Origin: Leptogorgia sarmentosa
Lineage: Eukaryota
DNA length: 64,000 nucleotides
Direction of reading: 5' to 3'
Assembly: GCA_964658305.1 (NCBI GenBank)
Contig: OZ210885.1
Span: 5,766,001-5,830,000 of the forward strand
Part shown: positions 14,301-25,515 of the stretch, piece by piece
Layout of the letters: the number at the start of each line of letters is the position of its first letter
Position numbering within the stretch: the stretch's first letter is position 1
The notes under the pieces: model-generated
The model's database searches: none
What the model was told of the DNA's origin: nothing
Seen by the model: the letters and a program-made list of their open reading frames with translations, nothing else
Position numbers and translations under genes: made by a program

Positions 14301-15072
14301 ACATGTTCTAGTTGAGCTACCCTTGAGTTGGTAGCAATGCGCGCATGAAAAATGGAGTGTTTCTCCCACTTGTAGAGTTCCGTTCCTGCGACCATTACGC
14401 GGTGTACCAGGATCTTTGCAAGTCTTAACTGTAACAATATCAAGTTTCTTAACCATTCACCCCTCGAGCTTTGCTTTAACATACCGGTCTTAAATGATCA
14501 TCAGAATCACAGAAACAACAAGAAGCCTCACTTAGAATACTGTACAAGATCAGTATCCTAATCGCAAATTTAGTACATACTACAGTATGTTAATTACGAT
14601 CCACTTTCATACAATGTTGTCTATGCTGCTAATACTAACTTCACAAAGTAAGCAATCACTAGTTACTAAATCCTACAAAAAACTTCAATTCGCACAATTT
14701 TGTCGTTGATTTAAGTTTTTAATTAGAGTACTAGATGACAGTCGAATCTCTGCGGGAAACGAGATGAAAAGCAGCAGCATTGTCCTTAATCCTTGTCCTT
14801 AAGTTTCCAATAATCAAAGCAGTATACTGTATATTTGTTACAATGCTAAAGACAAACTAATTTAAAATTCGACAAAATTATTATGTGGAAAAGCATAGCT
14901 TTGGTACCATACTAATTGTACCTTGGTACCAACATTGCAAAAATGATTAATCTTTGTTATTGAAATTAAACAAAAAAGGAAAAGCTATAAATCACTTACC
15001 TTCAACTGAATACGCTGTGAAACTAAGACACACGAATATGGTGAGAAACGTCTCAAGCAAACAAGGATCCAT
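2386..15072 (-). CDS. Secreted protein: signal peptide + 12 sushi/CCP domains + C-terminal F-type lectin (FTP/fucolectin-like) domain, ~869 aa, 15 exons
   Basis: Exons (all GT-AG): 15072-15000 (MDPCLLETFLTIFVCLSFTAYSVEG, signal peptide), sushi exons 14428-14258, 13969-13793, 12410-12237, 11678-11508, 11066-10890, 10401-10228, 8816-8640, 8266-8096, 6945-6769, 5836-5672 (divergent), 4444-4271, 4044-3835 (all phase 1-1), then 3758-3598 and 2643-2386 (NIALGKPVSMSS..AVDGN..WIRIDL..GRYVYV..LREVEVY). Sum 2610 nt, in frame to TGA. No TM segment. Confidence 0.88.
3959..4022 (-). repeat. In-frame 30-bp tandem duplication inside last sushi exon (NNTDSVTVSY/NNTDRVTVSY)
   Basis: TGTATGACACTGTGAC(T/A)CTGTCTGTGTTGT repeated twice. 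Confidence 0.85.
7390..7524. mobile_element. Small MITE with GGG(T/C)CGGTTGTATAAAA TIRs (PIF/Harbinger-like)
   Basis: CTG|GGGTCGGTTGTATAAAAC ... GTTTTTATACAACCGGCCC|CAG; CWG flanks. Confidence 0.6.
9155..9297. repeat. Purine-rich low-complexity repeat (GGGGAA(T/C) units) in intron
   Basis: Repeated GGGGAAT/GGGGAAC motifs; source of spurious ORFs 9105-9477. Confidence 0.65.
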
Positions 15073-15181
15073 TTCACCCTTGAAAATCAAACAAAAATGA
15101 ATTCAAAAAGGTTATCCTTGACCTCAAAGAGTTGTCTTTATCGTGAAAAATGGTCGTCCTTTCACAGCCAATGTGAAAAGC

Positions 15182-15261
15182 AGAATGATCGAGATGCTCC
15201 TTCTGTTACATACTTATACCATTTCCCTGCGCATTATTTACGCTATAGTGAGGGAAATTCC
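15182..15261 (-). promoter_or_regulatory. Core promoter of sushi/lectin gene: Inr + TATA box + NF-kB site
   Basis: Minus strand TATAAGTA (15218-15211), TCATTCT initiator with A at 15186 (TATA at -32), and GGGAAATTCC at 15252-15261. Confidence 0.65.
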
Positions 15262-18200
15262 TGGGACTGAATTACGTTTATCTAAATCCATTTATCTATA
15301 ATCCCTATAATGACAGGAAGAAATAAAACTGTTTTCAGCTAAATTAGTTTTTATTAGATCTGTAAATTCGATTATTGGGTTATTGTCATTTGTAAATACG
15401 TAAAAGAATGAAATAGATCTATAGCCAGTGGAGTGGTCATGCTGTTTTTTACGTCTAAAGGCCATGGAAACAATCAACTTCGAAAGAAAGAAATATGATA
15501 AAACATGGACAAATTCAAATTGTGGGGTTGTCTTCTCCACCATCCGTTCACGAAGAATTGCGTGGCAGATTATTAATATGTGTTTCATCGTGACGCATTA
15601 TTAATTTCCTTTAATGTCAAATCCCTTTTTACTAATCTACCACTTAAGAAACTGTTGAAATAATAGTCAATCAAATTTGCAAATCAACTGCAAAGTTTGA
15701 TTCAATGCGTTTCGTGGTATAAATTCATTATTTATTATTTATTTACTGAAACAGAGGGAGACAGTGAGTTTTGTGTCCCCGAGACGCTGTTGGTAAACGA
15801 GGCGATCGGGCTAAAGCCCTCGGGTATGACTTAAGTGATTAATAGCTGCTGTTTTTCTGAATTCGTGGCTGTAATTGATGATTATTATATGGCAACCATT
15901 TGTTTTGGCGAATGGCACAATCTGATTGGCTGCTGACGTGAAGGATTTTCCTATTGCCCACGGGCAATACGCGCCAAATTTTATTGCCTTGTTATAGGAA
16001 AATAATCACAAAAACTTTAAAATTCGATGACATTTTATTCATTGAAGTAGAAAAGTGTTAAAATGAACGACAAGGAGCATTGTCAGGGCGAGAGTTTTAT
16101 TGCCCAGTGGTTGAAAATGAAGGCTGCGAAATTGTTTTTTGTCAGTTAAACAAAGTACAGTATAAATATTTGGTTTATTGGTGTTGACAGTATGTCGTCT
16201 GAGCTCATTTTGAAACGCACATATGCCATATAATAAAAACTTACTGACTTCCACTGTTCGGGCTGTACGGGAAAATATCAAACCTCGGTATTGCTTTAGT
16301 AACCTCGCTATCGATCGGTCAATACAACAAGACAGTAAGTTATTAACAAATAAAAAAGCTGAGTGTTTATTGTTTTGTATTTTACCAAAATTGCCTGTGG
16401 TTCCGTAATGTGTTGCATAATCTGTGCAGTCTAAAAGGAGATACTAAAATTAATTAGGCTAGTTTTGAACAGTATTGTTCGAATGAACATAAAATTAATT
16501 GAAAAGTGCGTCGTGCACTGTTGTTCTCAAGATTTGTGTAATAAAGAAGGTTAAAGAAGGTTACTAACTTGTCAGATGTTAATAATTCTGTCTTTTATAT
16601 ATAATATGATTATATAGGTGTTTGTGATATCCCGACTTATCAACTATGAAGGTTGAGGTAAGTGTCAACGAAGGTGATCACATCTCGAGACCTTGAAAAT
16701 CCGAATTCGATAATTGGCTTATACATTCCACAACAAAATGCAGACCCTAACGAAAGAGTAGTTTATTATAAACAAGTCACATTTTCAAAATTATTTATGA
16801 TCACAATCACACTCCCTTCGCTATCTCCTACGACCATAGGCATTTGGACGTACAGTAGGAACGATTTCAATTTGTGGGGGGGGGTGGGGGGGGGGGGGGA
16901 GGGCACGAAGCTGAACATCGTTGGCCTATCTAGCCTCAGAGTCTGGATCATTTTAAATTTTTAGTATTGCATTTGACATTATATTGTCTCATTTTTTAGC
17001 ATGACTGTTCGATGGACACAGAGGTTATAGCTTATGTTTCGTTATTGGTGACAATTGAAATCGGTTGCAAATTTTTGCGTCAATCGCATGTATGGACGCC
17101 GGGAAACGTGAATGTTTGATTATGTTTCTGGGTGTGGCGATCAGCGAAATTTGTAGAGTTTCGACACTTTGACGTAATAATGATTAAAGGCAAGGCTTAG
17201 TCTGGTCAGTCGGCAGTTGGGTTGAAATATTTCAAATAGTATTATGTAGTTTATTCGCATTTAGACGACCGAAAATGTAACTATAAATCCAGATAATTAC
17301 AATAAATGGCCAATTCTTTAGCCAAAGCCGATTGGCCTATAGCTACTTCTACTATGCTTCTACTATGCTCTGACTCGCCCGACTGAATTCGTTGGTGTTG
17401 CTCCGAAATTATTCCCTCTACTTCCTCGGAGGACAATTCTAAAAACTTTTCACACTCGGTAGTTATCTTGCAGTGCGATAAAATGTTCATGCACGGCTAT
17501 AATGCACGGCCGTGCATTGTTGTCCCCGAGCCACGGCGCTTCGGAGCGAAGGTAATAATTCCGTACGGCTATTTGCACCCGGGTAAAGGGCAGCATAGCG
17601 AAGTCCATTGAACTAAATAAAACTGGAAGGCTACTTCCGGCCGGAAACTTGAAGCCAAATCGGCCCCAGTCTTTCCACGCAATGTAGACACGGCCAAAAC
17701 AAAAACATTTCTGTTTTTTGTTGAAAAAACTTGTACAAAACTCGCAAAAAATAATTTTAGGAAGATATGAATCATTTATATGTAACATAAATTTGGTGAA
17801 TGTTTGGTTTTCATAATAATTACCAGTTTTTGCCAAATTTTGTTTGGTGCTGCCTGAAAAAACTAGCGCTTTTTGTAAAAAAACCCGAACGGCGATAAGT
17901 GGCCTTTTGAGGTTTTGCCACTTTTGCTATGTCGGGCTGTCATTTTTCGTCTATTCTTGACATTTTTCAAAAATTGTTCGCCCACAGGCGACCATGACAT
18001 AGTCATAGACTAAAATCTGTTGTGATTCCATTTGTAGCCAGCTTTCAAATCAATATGTCAGCACACTGAGATCCGTTTTAATCGAGAAACAATCGTTTGT
18101 TTTCGGCGAGTTTACCTTACAGAAATTCCTTTGATCGCCATAAAATTTAATTTTTCTGTATTCATACCACTAGAAATGGCGTTGAAACAGTAAAAAAACA

Positions 18201-18322
18201 GCAAAATCACTTCTCTATTGCATCGCAAATTCCTACGTTCTCTTTTGAAAACATGTTGTTGACTTGTGTCCTTTCTACTTGCTGTCCTTTCTACCGCGCG
18301 AGAATGTCACGCAGCTGAACTC

Positions 18323-18368
18323 GCGTGAAATTACCCCCAGACACGCGTGTCTGGGGGTAATTCCACGC
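18323..18368. repeat. Near-perfect 46-bp palindrome
   Basis: GCGTGAAATTACCCCCAGACACG|CGTGTCTGGGGGTAATTCCACGC. Confidence 0.85.
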
Positions 18369-19017
18369 AAAATTTTGGCTTCAATTTTTTCGTTCCCGTT
18401 AATATGAAGGTAGCCTTCCAGCTATATATAGTTCAATGGCGAAGTCCAAAGTTGCTCAATTTGGCCGCCATTTTGGGTCATCGTGCATCGTAGGTCATCA
18501 CTCACCGATCTCTAAAGTATAGTGGACTATCATGAAGAGCCGAAGCTTTTTAAAGCTTTCGAGGAGCTTCTTAAAGCTTTGGAAAGCGGAAAACTAAGAC
18601 AATATCTGCGCGTAAGATTTTAAAAGCCTTCTCGGAAGATATAAAACGCTGAGAAATGGGACGAAACGTCCATGGATTGAAACACAGGATAAGTTCGTCA
18701 ATATATTGTCGGCAGCGAACTTTTGTTTTGCGTATATTTACTATTTGCATGAAAGGTCGCCGGCCGTAGCCGCCTTTAATCAATTCACGACTCAATTCCA
18801 GAGTATAAGTTCATGTTTTTAACGGCAAGACTTCACAAAATATTTACAAACTCTACTCAAAAGAACCAAAAGAGCCAACACTGGAGTCTGGCTGGAAATT
18901 GTTTCATATCAAAATCAAAGAAGACTGAATTGAATATTTAAAATTCTTGTTTTTTTTGTCATTTATTGTCAACTTTGGACAAAAAAGGTTAGTGAACGTG
19001 TACTACAATGATATTAA

Positions 19018-19163
19018 TACGAAATTACACTTGTTCTCGAAGTATTAATGAAAAATTGCACTTGTGTTTGGCGAAATACCGCGAGTGCGAAACACGAGCG
19101 GTATTTCGCCAAACACGCGTGCAATTTTTCATTTATACTTCTCGAACCGTGTAATTTCCTGTA
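19018..19163. repeat. Foldback (palindromic) MITE-like repeat
   Basis: GAAATTACAC..TTCTCGAAGTA..ATGAAAAATTGCAC.TGTGTTTGGCGAAATACCGC / GCGGTATTTCGCCAAACACGCGTGCAATTTTTCAT..TACTTCTCGAA..GTGTAATTTC; partial copy near 11976-12026. Confidence 0.8.
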
Positions 19164-20687
19164 CAATTCAAGTTTATATTAGTCATAATAACGTACGGCT
19201 AACAAATGGTTCTCCAAATTAAAAAAAAATGCCAATAAAACAAAGATAAAAGCTGTTATTTTTTTCCGGTCCGTAACTCCAGGTCCGTAACCTAAATAGA
19301 GCTTTCTGATTGGTTGCCGAGCGGTCCGTATCCTGACGGTACGGACCGCTCGTATTCCCGTAGATACAAATATAGACAATGTTTTTGTTTTTTAAAATTG
19401 AATGGCCGCTTTTTAAAACATTCAGAAACATCATTTACATACCTATTTTTGTTAAAAACGCGAGTCCATAGTGAGTTTGACTACGACCCAGTCCTTTTTT
19501 AAATTTTGTTGTAAAACGTGCACATTTTCAATCAGATAAATCTTCCTTCTAAATAGTTGTTATACCTCTAAAATCAACTTAAATGAGTAGCGTGATTATT
19601 ACATTTTATATTGGCGAAATAAACTCTTCACAAATATCATTTCATCGCAAAAAAATTTAAAAATCGAGTGTAAACATGGACGACACAAAAAACCGCGCGT
19701 TTTTGGCCACTTTTTCTGAGTTATTAAAAATTTGAGACAAAATTAAGACGCCAAACCTCAGGAATTATCTAACCCCATGTAAAATAAATCTGTATGAGAA
19801 GTTTTGTGAAGATTAAAGGTTTGAGAGTCGAACAAAATGCATTTAAAAATTAACCAAAACACTGTTTATTCGGAGTACTGAAATTGCGTGCGAAGCCAAA
19901 CAAATAACAAGTCGATTTATTCATCTTGATATAAAGCGGCAAGAAAAAGTTCAAAATCAAGAAGGATACCTGGTGTTTATTGTAAAATAGGTTTGGGACT
20001 GTCTAAAAGTTTCAAAATATATATTTTTGTCGGTTGAAGAGCAAAGTTTTTTTGACACACCAAAACATTTTTGTCATTTTTTTAAATATAAAAATAAAAA
20101 TACTCGCTTTTTGCGGCAGATGGACGTTAAACAGTTGGAACTAAACAGGAAGCCTGATGTGAATCCAAAACATTCATTTGATGTTTATCTACTAAAAACC
20201 GTTTATTTCTTGCAAATTGTTGCTAAAAAACAAGCCGGGTGAAAAAAATTCTCGCTCTTTCAAACTATCCCCAGTCCTTTTGAATGTTAATTTTCTTGCG
20301 CGCCGGCTTCAGTCAATCATAGGACAAATCATACACTGCAAAAAATCCATTTCTGGATATGAGTAAAATGACTCAAAAATTGAGTCAGGATGCTCACGTT
20401 TTGAGTGAATTGAAATTGTTACTCAAATAGCTGAGTAAAAATACTCGCATCTGAGAGTAAGCACTATTTGCGAGTAATTTTACTCAATCATGCGAGTAAT
20501 ACAATACTCACAATATTGAGTAAAAATTCATCTTGAGTCATTTTAACCAACAACATGAGTAAATTGACTCAAAAGGATGAATATTTACTCAACCGCAAAA
20601 ACAATACTCAAAAATTTGAGTAATTTGAACTATATAACTCAAAAGTTGAGTAAAGTCAACAAAATGTCAAAACAAGTTACTCACAGA

Positions 20688-21060
20688 TATCCACGACATG
20701 AGTAACTTTACTCACAGCTACGCATGACATGAGTAACTTTACTCACAGCTACTCATGACATGAGTAAGTTCACTCACAGCTACCATGACATGAGTAACTT
20801 TACTCACAGCTACCACGACATGAGTAACTTTACTCACAACTACCATGACATGAGTAACTTTACTCACAGCTGCGCATGACATGAGTAACTTTACTCACAG
20901 CTGCGCATGACATGAGTAACTTTACTCACAGCTACTCATGACATGAGTAATTTCACACAAAGCTACGCATGACATGAGTAACTTTACTCACAACTACCAT
21001 GACATGAGTAACTTTACTCACAGCTACGCATGACATGAGTAACTTCATCTCACAGCTACT
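20688..21060. repeat. 30-31 bp minisatellite (~12 copies) in left subterminal region of the CACTA-like element
   Basis: Unit TTACTCACAGCTAC(G)CATGACATGAGTAACT, internally palindromic. Confidence 0.9.
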
Positions 21061-21282
21061 TATGATATGAAGATTGTCATCGTTGCATATACGTAAAAAT
21101 TTGCATAACTGCCAACATGAACCAATCAGTGAGTCCCAAAGGGATACCGTTGAGTCACATAATTGTCTATTCGGCACCTGGAATCCTACACGTGTATCCT
21201 GCTTCGTGTTCAGAGCAAAGTTTCTTGTGGTCGAAGACACGCTTATACTACCGAAAGTTAAGCTTTTTTAAATCTCGCTATT

Positions 21283-22339
21283 ATGGAGCAAGTCCAGGAA
21301 TGTTTGAAGAAAAATGGTTTTGAAGAATATCGTGACAGATTCCTTGGTAAGTTATTGTGGAATAATGTATTAATGCGCTACTTAAGGCGAAGCACATTTG
21401 TCTACATCTGCCGATTAACAGTGCCGAGTATTAATGTTTAAAGCCTAGTTATAGGTTTGTGTTTTTGAAATACCTTCTGCTTTGTTTATTTGTGACAACG
21501 GAATCTGCAATTGTGACTGTGTGCCACCCGAAATACCGTATAAGCTAGCGGTATAATCAAAGGAGTTTGATGTCACTAAACACCATGAGCAGTGGTTGCT
21601 AGTAATCTCTCAACTAGCTGATGCTATAATTAATAAATTATCTGCATCAAAAAGAAATTCTTCATAATGACATAAAGTGCGACAACATATTACTTGTAAT
21701 CTGCGTTTGTGTTGCCCAATACTTATTGACTTTGGTAAGGCATGTCTTATCAATAAAGAAAAGAAGAAAACTGATATACATGCACTGGTATAATATGCAT
21801 GTGCTTAATAATTTTATTGTACTTGACCATGCAATTAAGGGATTAACTTAACATTCTGTAATAACAGTATACATGCAAAGTAAACAGACAGTCCTGAAAT
21901 AAATATCTTAGTATAGGAAATTTTACTTAAATGTTGTCATATCACATATGCATGTGATTTGTTGCAAACAACTCTACATTCGTGATAAATCTACATCACT
22001 CAATCTCTGCACCTATTTTGCATTTTAGGAGGAATCCACGGTTGAGGAAATAGTCGAGGGTTATCGGAGAGATCACCAAAGAATTTTTATCAAAGGTGAA
22101 TGCCGAACACCCAAACGAGTTGTCATTGCGGCAGAACGCACAGTGTTGTTCTCGGTGGAAGGTGTGGAATCGTCAAAGCAACTTTAGCACTGCTGGAAAC
22201 GTATTACATATTTATGTTTGAGTATCCTCAAATATTGAACAACTTTTATTTATATTTGCAAAAATGCGTTTTAAATATTATACAGGATGGGAAAAAACTT
22301 CCTGCAGAAATTGTAAATTTTGTTGACGATTTGGATTAA
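21283..22339 (+). pseudogene. Internally deleted, frameshifted transposon accessory gene (SAM-start / SAMD3-like C-terminus)
   Basis: Exon 21283-21346 MEQVQECLKKNGFEEYRDRFL then G|GTAAGT resembles the start of a SAM domain; exon from 22029 (after TTTTAG) EESTVEEIVEG..RIFIKG..VVIAAERTVLF, frameshift near 22155, then ATLALLETYYIFMFEYPQILNNFYLYLQKCVLNI..*; family assignment is from memory of the motif. Confidence 0.55.
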
Positions 22340-22342
22340 AGG

Positions 22343-22940
22343 ATTATGAGTCAGAATTACCCATAAATTTGAGTCAATTTTCATTTTACTCAGGATGTTG
22401 AGTCACTGTTGGTGCATTTTGCGTGAGTCAATTTTACTCAACATTATGAGTCAGAATTACTCATAAATTTGAGTCAATTTTCATTTTACTCAGGATGTTG
22501 AGTCACTGTGGGTGCATTTTGCGTGAGTCAATTTTACTCAACATTTTGAGTGAGAATTACTCATAAATTTGAGTAAATTTTCATTTTACTCAGGATGTTG
22601 AGTCACTGTGGGTGCATTTTGCGTGAGTCAATTTTACTCAACATTATGAGTGAGAATTACTCATAAATTTGAGTCAATTTTCATTTTACTCAGGATGTTG
22701 AGTCACTGTGGGTGCATTTTGCGTGAGTCAATCTCACTCAACATTTTGAGTAAAATTACTCATAAATTTGAGTAAATTGTAGTTTTACTCAAGATGTTGA
22801 GTCACTGTGGGTGCATCTTACTTGAGTCAATTTTACTCAACATTTTGAGTAAAAGTACTCTTATTTTGAGTAAATTTTACTCAACAATTTGGGTCACTGT
22901 GGGTGCATCGTTTTACTCAGAAATTTGAGTCAAAATACTC
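22343..22940. repeat. 100-bp tandem repeat (~5.5 copies) in right subterminal region of the CACTA-like element
   Basis: ATT(A/T)TGAGT recurs at 22343, 22443, 22543, 22643, 22743. Confidence 0.9.
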
Positions 22941-23916
22941 AGGGATTTTTTGCAGTGTAGGAGTTATCGTTCCAGGTATTTTTAGTTCAATCGTGCACTG
23001 ATCTCAAAATTTAGGCACAGCAACCCAATAGTTACGCACGTTACGTCATAGTAATGATATCCTAAGGCTGGCAACTCTTTTACGAAAAAATACACATGCA
23101 TTTACACTTTCGATTTAAGCAAAGAAATGGCATGCAGCCAATTAAAAAGGGCACCTTTTTCTAGACATTAAATGTTCCTGTGCGGTAATGTTCGGTAAGA
23201 TTTTCCTATATGGATACTGGACCACACTGCACAAGATGTTTTTATATAAAATAAATTCGATCCGATTTTATTTTACGTATTACTTTACATTTAATTATAT
23301 TTAAGAAACACAACACCTGTTAACGCTAATGTGGAAAGGCCCGCACTGCCCCCGCACGTAAGAGCAGCGGGGGCAGCTGCCTCTGTGCTTCCGGCGCCAT
23401 TGCAAGAATTTTCTGATTCAAATATTGAAAATCTGCATGATATTCACTTAAATGTAAGGCAAATTCGCACCGTTTTCACTGCTTTAAATGTAATTATAAC
23501 TCTTCAGCCGCGTATGTAGGACATTGCAGTTTCCGAGGTTCAAATTTCAAAACATTCTGGGAGGGGGAAATTTCTAATGGTTAGCTGTTTTGGTTATTTA
23601 CGTGCAGAACAGTTTTTAGGCATATGGACTAAATATGGCCCAGCTGGATAGTATAAGCCACCAGTGAAATCATGTTAGTATTTTAATTTTCATCAAAAAA
23701 ACGAAGAAAAGCTCGTCAAAATTAAACATGTTGATTACCAAGCCACAACAACGGTAAAGGAAAACATGAGTACACTTGTATCAGATGATCGTACTATATT
23801 AATTTATTTAATGAATTTTAAGCGTATACTATAGATCGATAAGGAATACGAGTTACGTTTAATACTATTATGGTTTTTTTACACGGTATTATATACAACT
23901 GGTTTAACTATTAGCG

Positions 23917-24870
23917 TTAATTATTTGGATTTAGACATAGTGCGTTCAAAGTCTTAAGAGCTTCATGTCTCAACATTGTCTTTGTCCAGAAGAATATAAT
24001 CGAGTTAAAAGTGGAATTTGACAAGCGGAGCGTGCAATTCCAAGCTTGCAATGCTAGCCATTCAAATTTATCGAAACGTGAAGAAAGTGGAAATAGGATA
24101 ACTGCTGGAAGGAAGCAAAGAACGCCAAAACAAATCACGACTATGAAACACGATTTTGCATGTTTAATCTCTCCAAGAAAAACCTTCATTTTTGTTTTAT
24201 TTTCTACCGCAGCTGGATCGTGTGGTCTGTTTGGCGAGCGAGCCAATTTCCTGACGACTCGGTATATTCTTGCGTATGCAAATGCTGTAGCGGCGAAAAT
24301 GAGTATTTGAACTGCGGTTGTACCGATCTGGAATATTTTGCGGTTTTGGAAATGAAGTACGACCACAGACGCCACCACTACAGAACCGGATCCAACGTAG
24401 ATCAGCAGTCTCTTCTTTGTCACCAAGGTTGTGTAAGCATATGGATATAAGATGGCAATGTATCTTTCCAATGTCATGGCTGATAAAGCGACACCAGACA
24501 TTCCTATCGGTATTAATGTTGATCCTAACGCCAGATTTGCTCCAATGCAGTTCGTAATTCCGCCTAGTCCGCTTGCCAAGAAAAAGATGAAGAGAGGTAT
24601 GCTAAAAACACCAACCGCCAAGTCAATCACGGATTGAACAAGGATGATGAAATAACATGGCTTGCTTTTCAGTTGGGAAGATTTTAAAATCGTTTTTATC
24701 GCGACAGCGTTGAGTGATATCGTGGAAATCACCAAAATGCTGTTAAACGTAATGGCAAATATGTGATTGATTAGAAACTTTTCAGACGGGAGTTTCGTTA
24801 TAAGGAAAGAAGTTCTTCCCATAACGTTACATGGCGTTCCAAGCATTTCTTCGTCCGTCGAGAAATTCAT
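23917..24870 (-). CDS. Intronless class A (rhodopsin-like) GPCR, 317 aa, orphan
   Basis: Seven hydrophobic segments; TM1 N, TM2 D (SVIDL), ERY, TM6 CFLP, TM7 NSIIF; first ATG at 24870 (ORF track start at 24909 is TTG). Confidence 0.9.
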   Translation of the reverse strand: MNFSTDEEMLGTPCNVMGRTSFLITKLPSEKFLINHIFAITFNSILVISTISLNAVAIKTILKSSQLKSKPCYFIILVQSVIDLAVGVFSIPLFIFFLASGLGGITNCIGANLALGSTLIPIGMSGVALSAMTLERYIAILYPYAYTTLVTKKRLLIYVGSGSVVVASVVVLHFQNRKIFQIGTTAVQILIFAATAFAYARIYRVVRKLARSPNRPHDPAAVENKTKMKVFLGEIKHAKSCFIVVICFGVLCFLPAVILFPLSSRFDKFEWLALQAWNCTLRLSNSTFNSIIFFWTKTMLRHEALKTLNALCLNPNN

Positions 24871-25515
24871 TTTTCTTTCTTCTCCTTGTATGCAGCGAAG
24901 CCCAGACAAAAATTTGAACTAAAACATTTGCCACCCGGCTTTATATATTCTCAACAATAAATGAATATAAATAGATTCATATAAAGTATCAGCCTAATGT
25001 AATATAATTTGCATAATTGACCTTCTCCAAAAAAGAAAATAATATTCAAAACCTGGTTTAAAATTGCGGAATAGTATTTGTAGGTTGAGAAAAAAATGAA
25101 CATTTTTTCCAAATTTACCAAGAAACTACACTGTTAATGGTATATTTCAAAAAACTTAAAATGATAGAAAAAAAGAGTTTATCCACCTACGTTATTCTAG
25201 TAGCTACATATTGTGTTTCACTATAGCATTTTTTCCCCAAAACAATAATGCCAATGAAAGCAAGTCAATGAGCTTATGCATATATAGGTAGCTAGTAATT
25301 GAACCAAGTCGTTATAAGGTTTATATTGGCAAAACCTATTTATTTCCCACATCGGGAAGGATGTTGTGAAACAAAATAATCAGACTTTCACAAAAATTAA
25401 TCGTGTGGAAAACACTTATAGACGTAGAGTGAAGTTAAGACAAGTGGGCATATCTTGCCTTTAACGATAAGATGAAAGCCAATAATTTATATTGAATTGA
25501 GTCCGTTCTCTTCTT

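Larger units (their letters stand above)
20334..22957 (+). mobile_element. Non-autonomous CACTA/EnSpm (CMC)-like DNA transposon, 2624 bp
   Basis: TA|CACTGCAAAAAATCC ... GGATTTTTTGCAGTG|TA terminal inverted repeats with 2-bp flanking duplication; dense TTACTCA/TGAGT(A/C)A subterminal repeats at both ends; no transposase ORF. Confidence 0.85.

Noticed and set aside
16618..17836. Exon-like segment (16618-16657) and ORFs 16662-16964, 17281-17490, 17450-17836 as a gene or transposase relic
   Set aside because: No recognisable motif or consistent gene model; could be a decayed TE but unsupported
20688..21060. Palindromic 30-bp repeats resembling a CRISPR array
   Set aside because: No unique spacers, eukaryotic context, lies inside transposon TIRs
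24011..24637. Plus-strand ORFs over the GPCR
   Set aside because: Antisense shadows of the GPCR CDS
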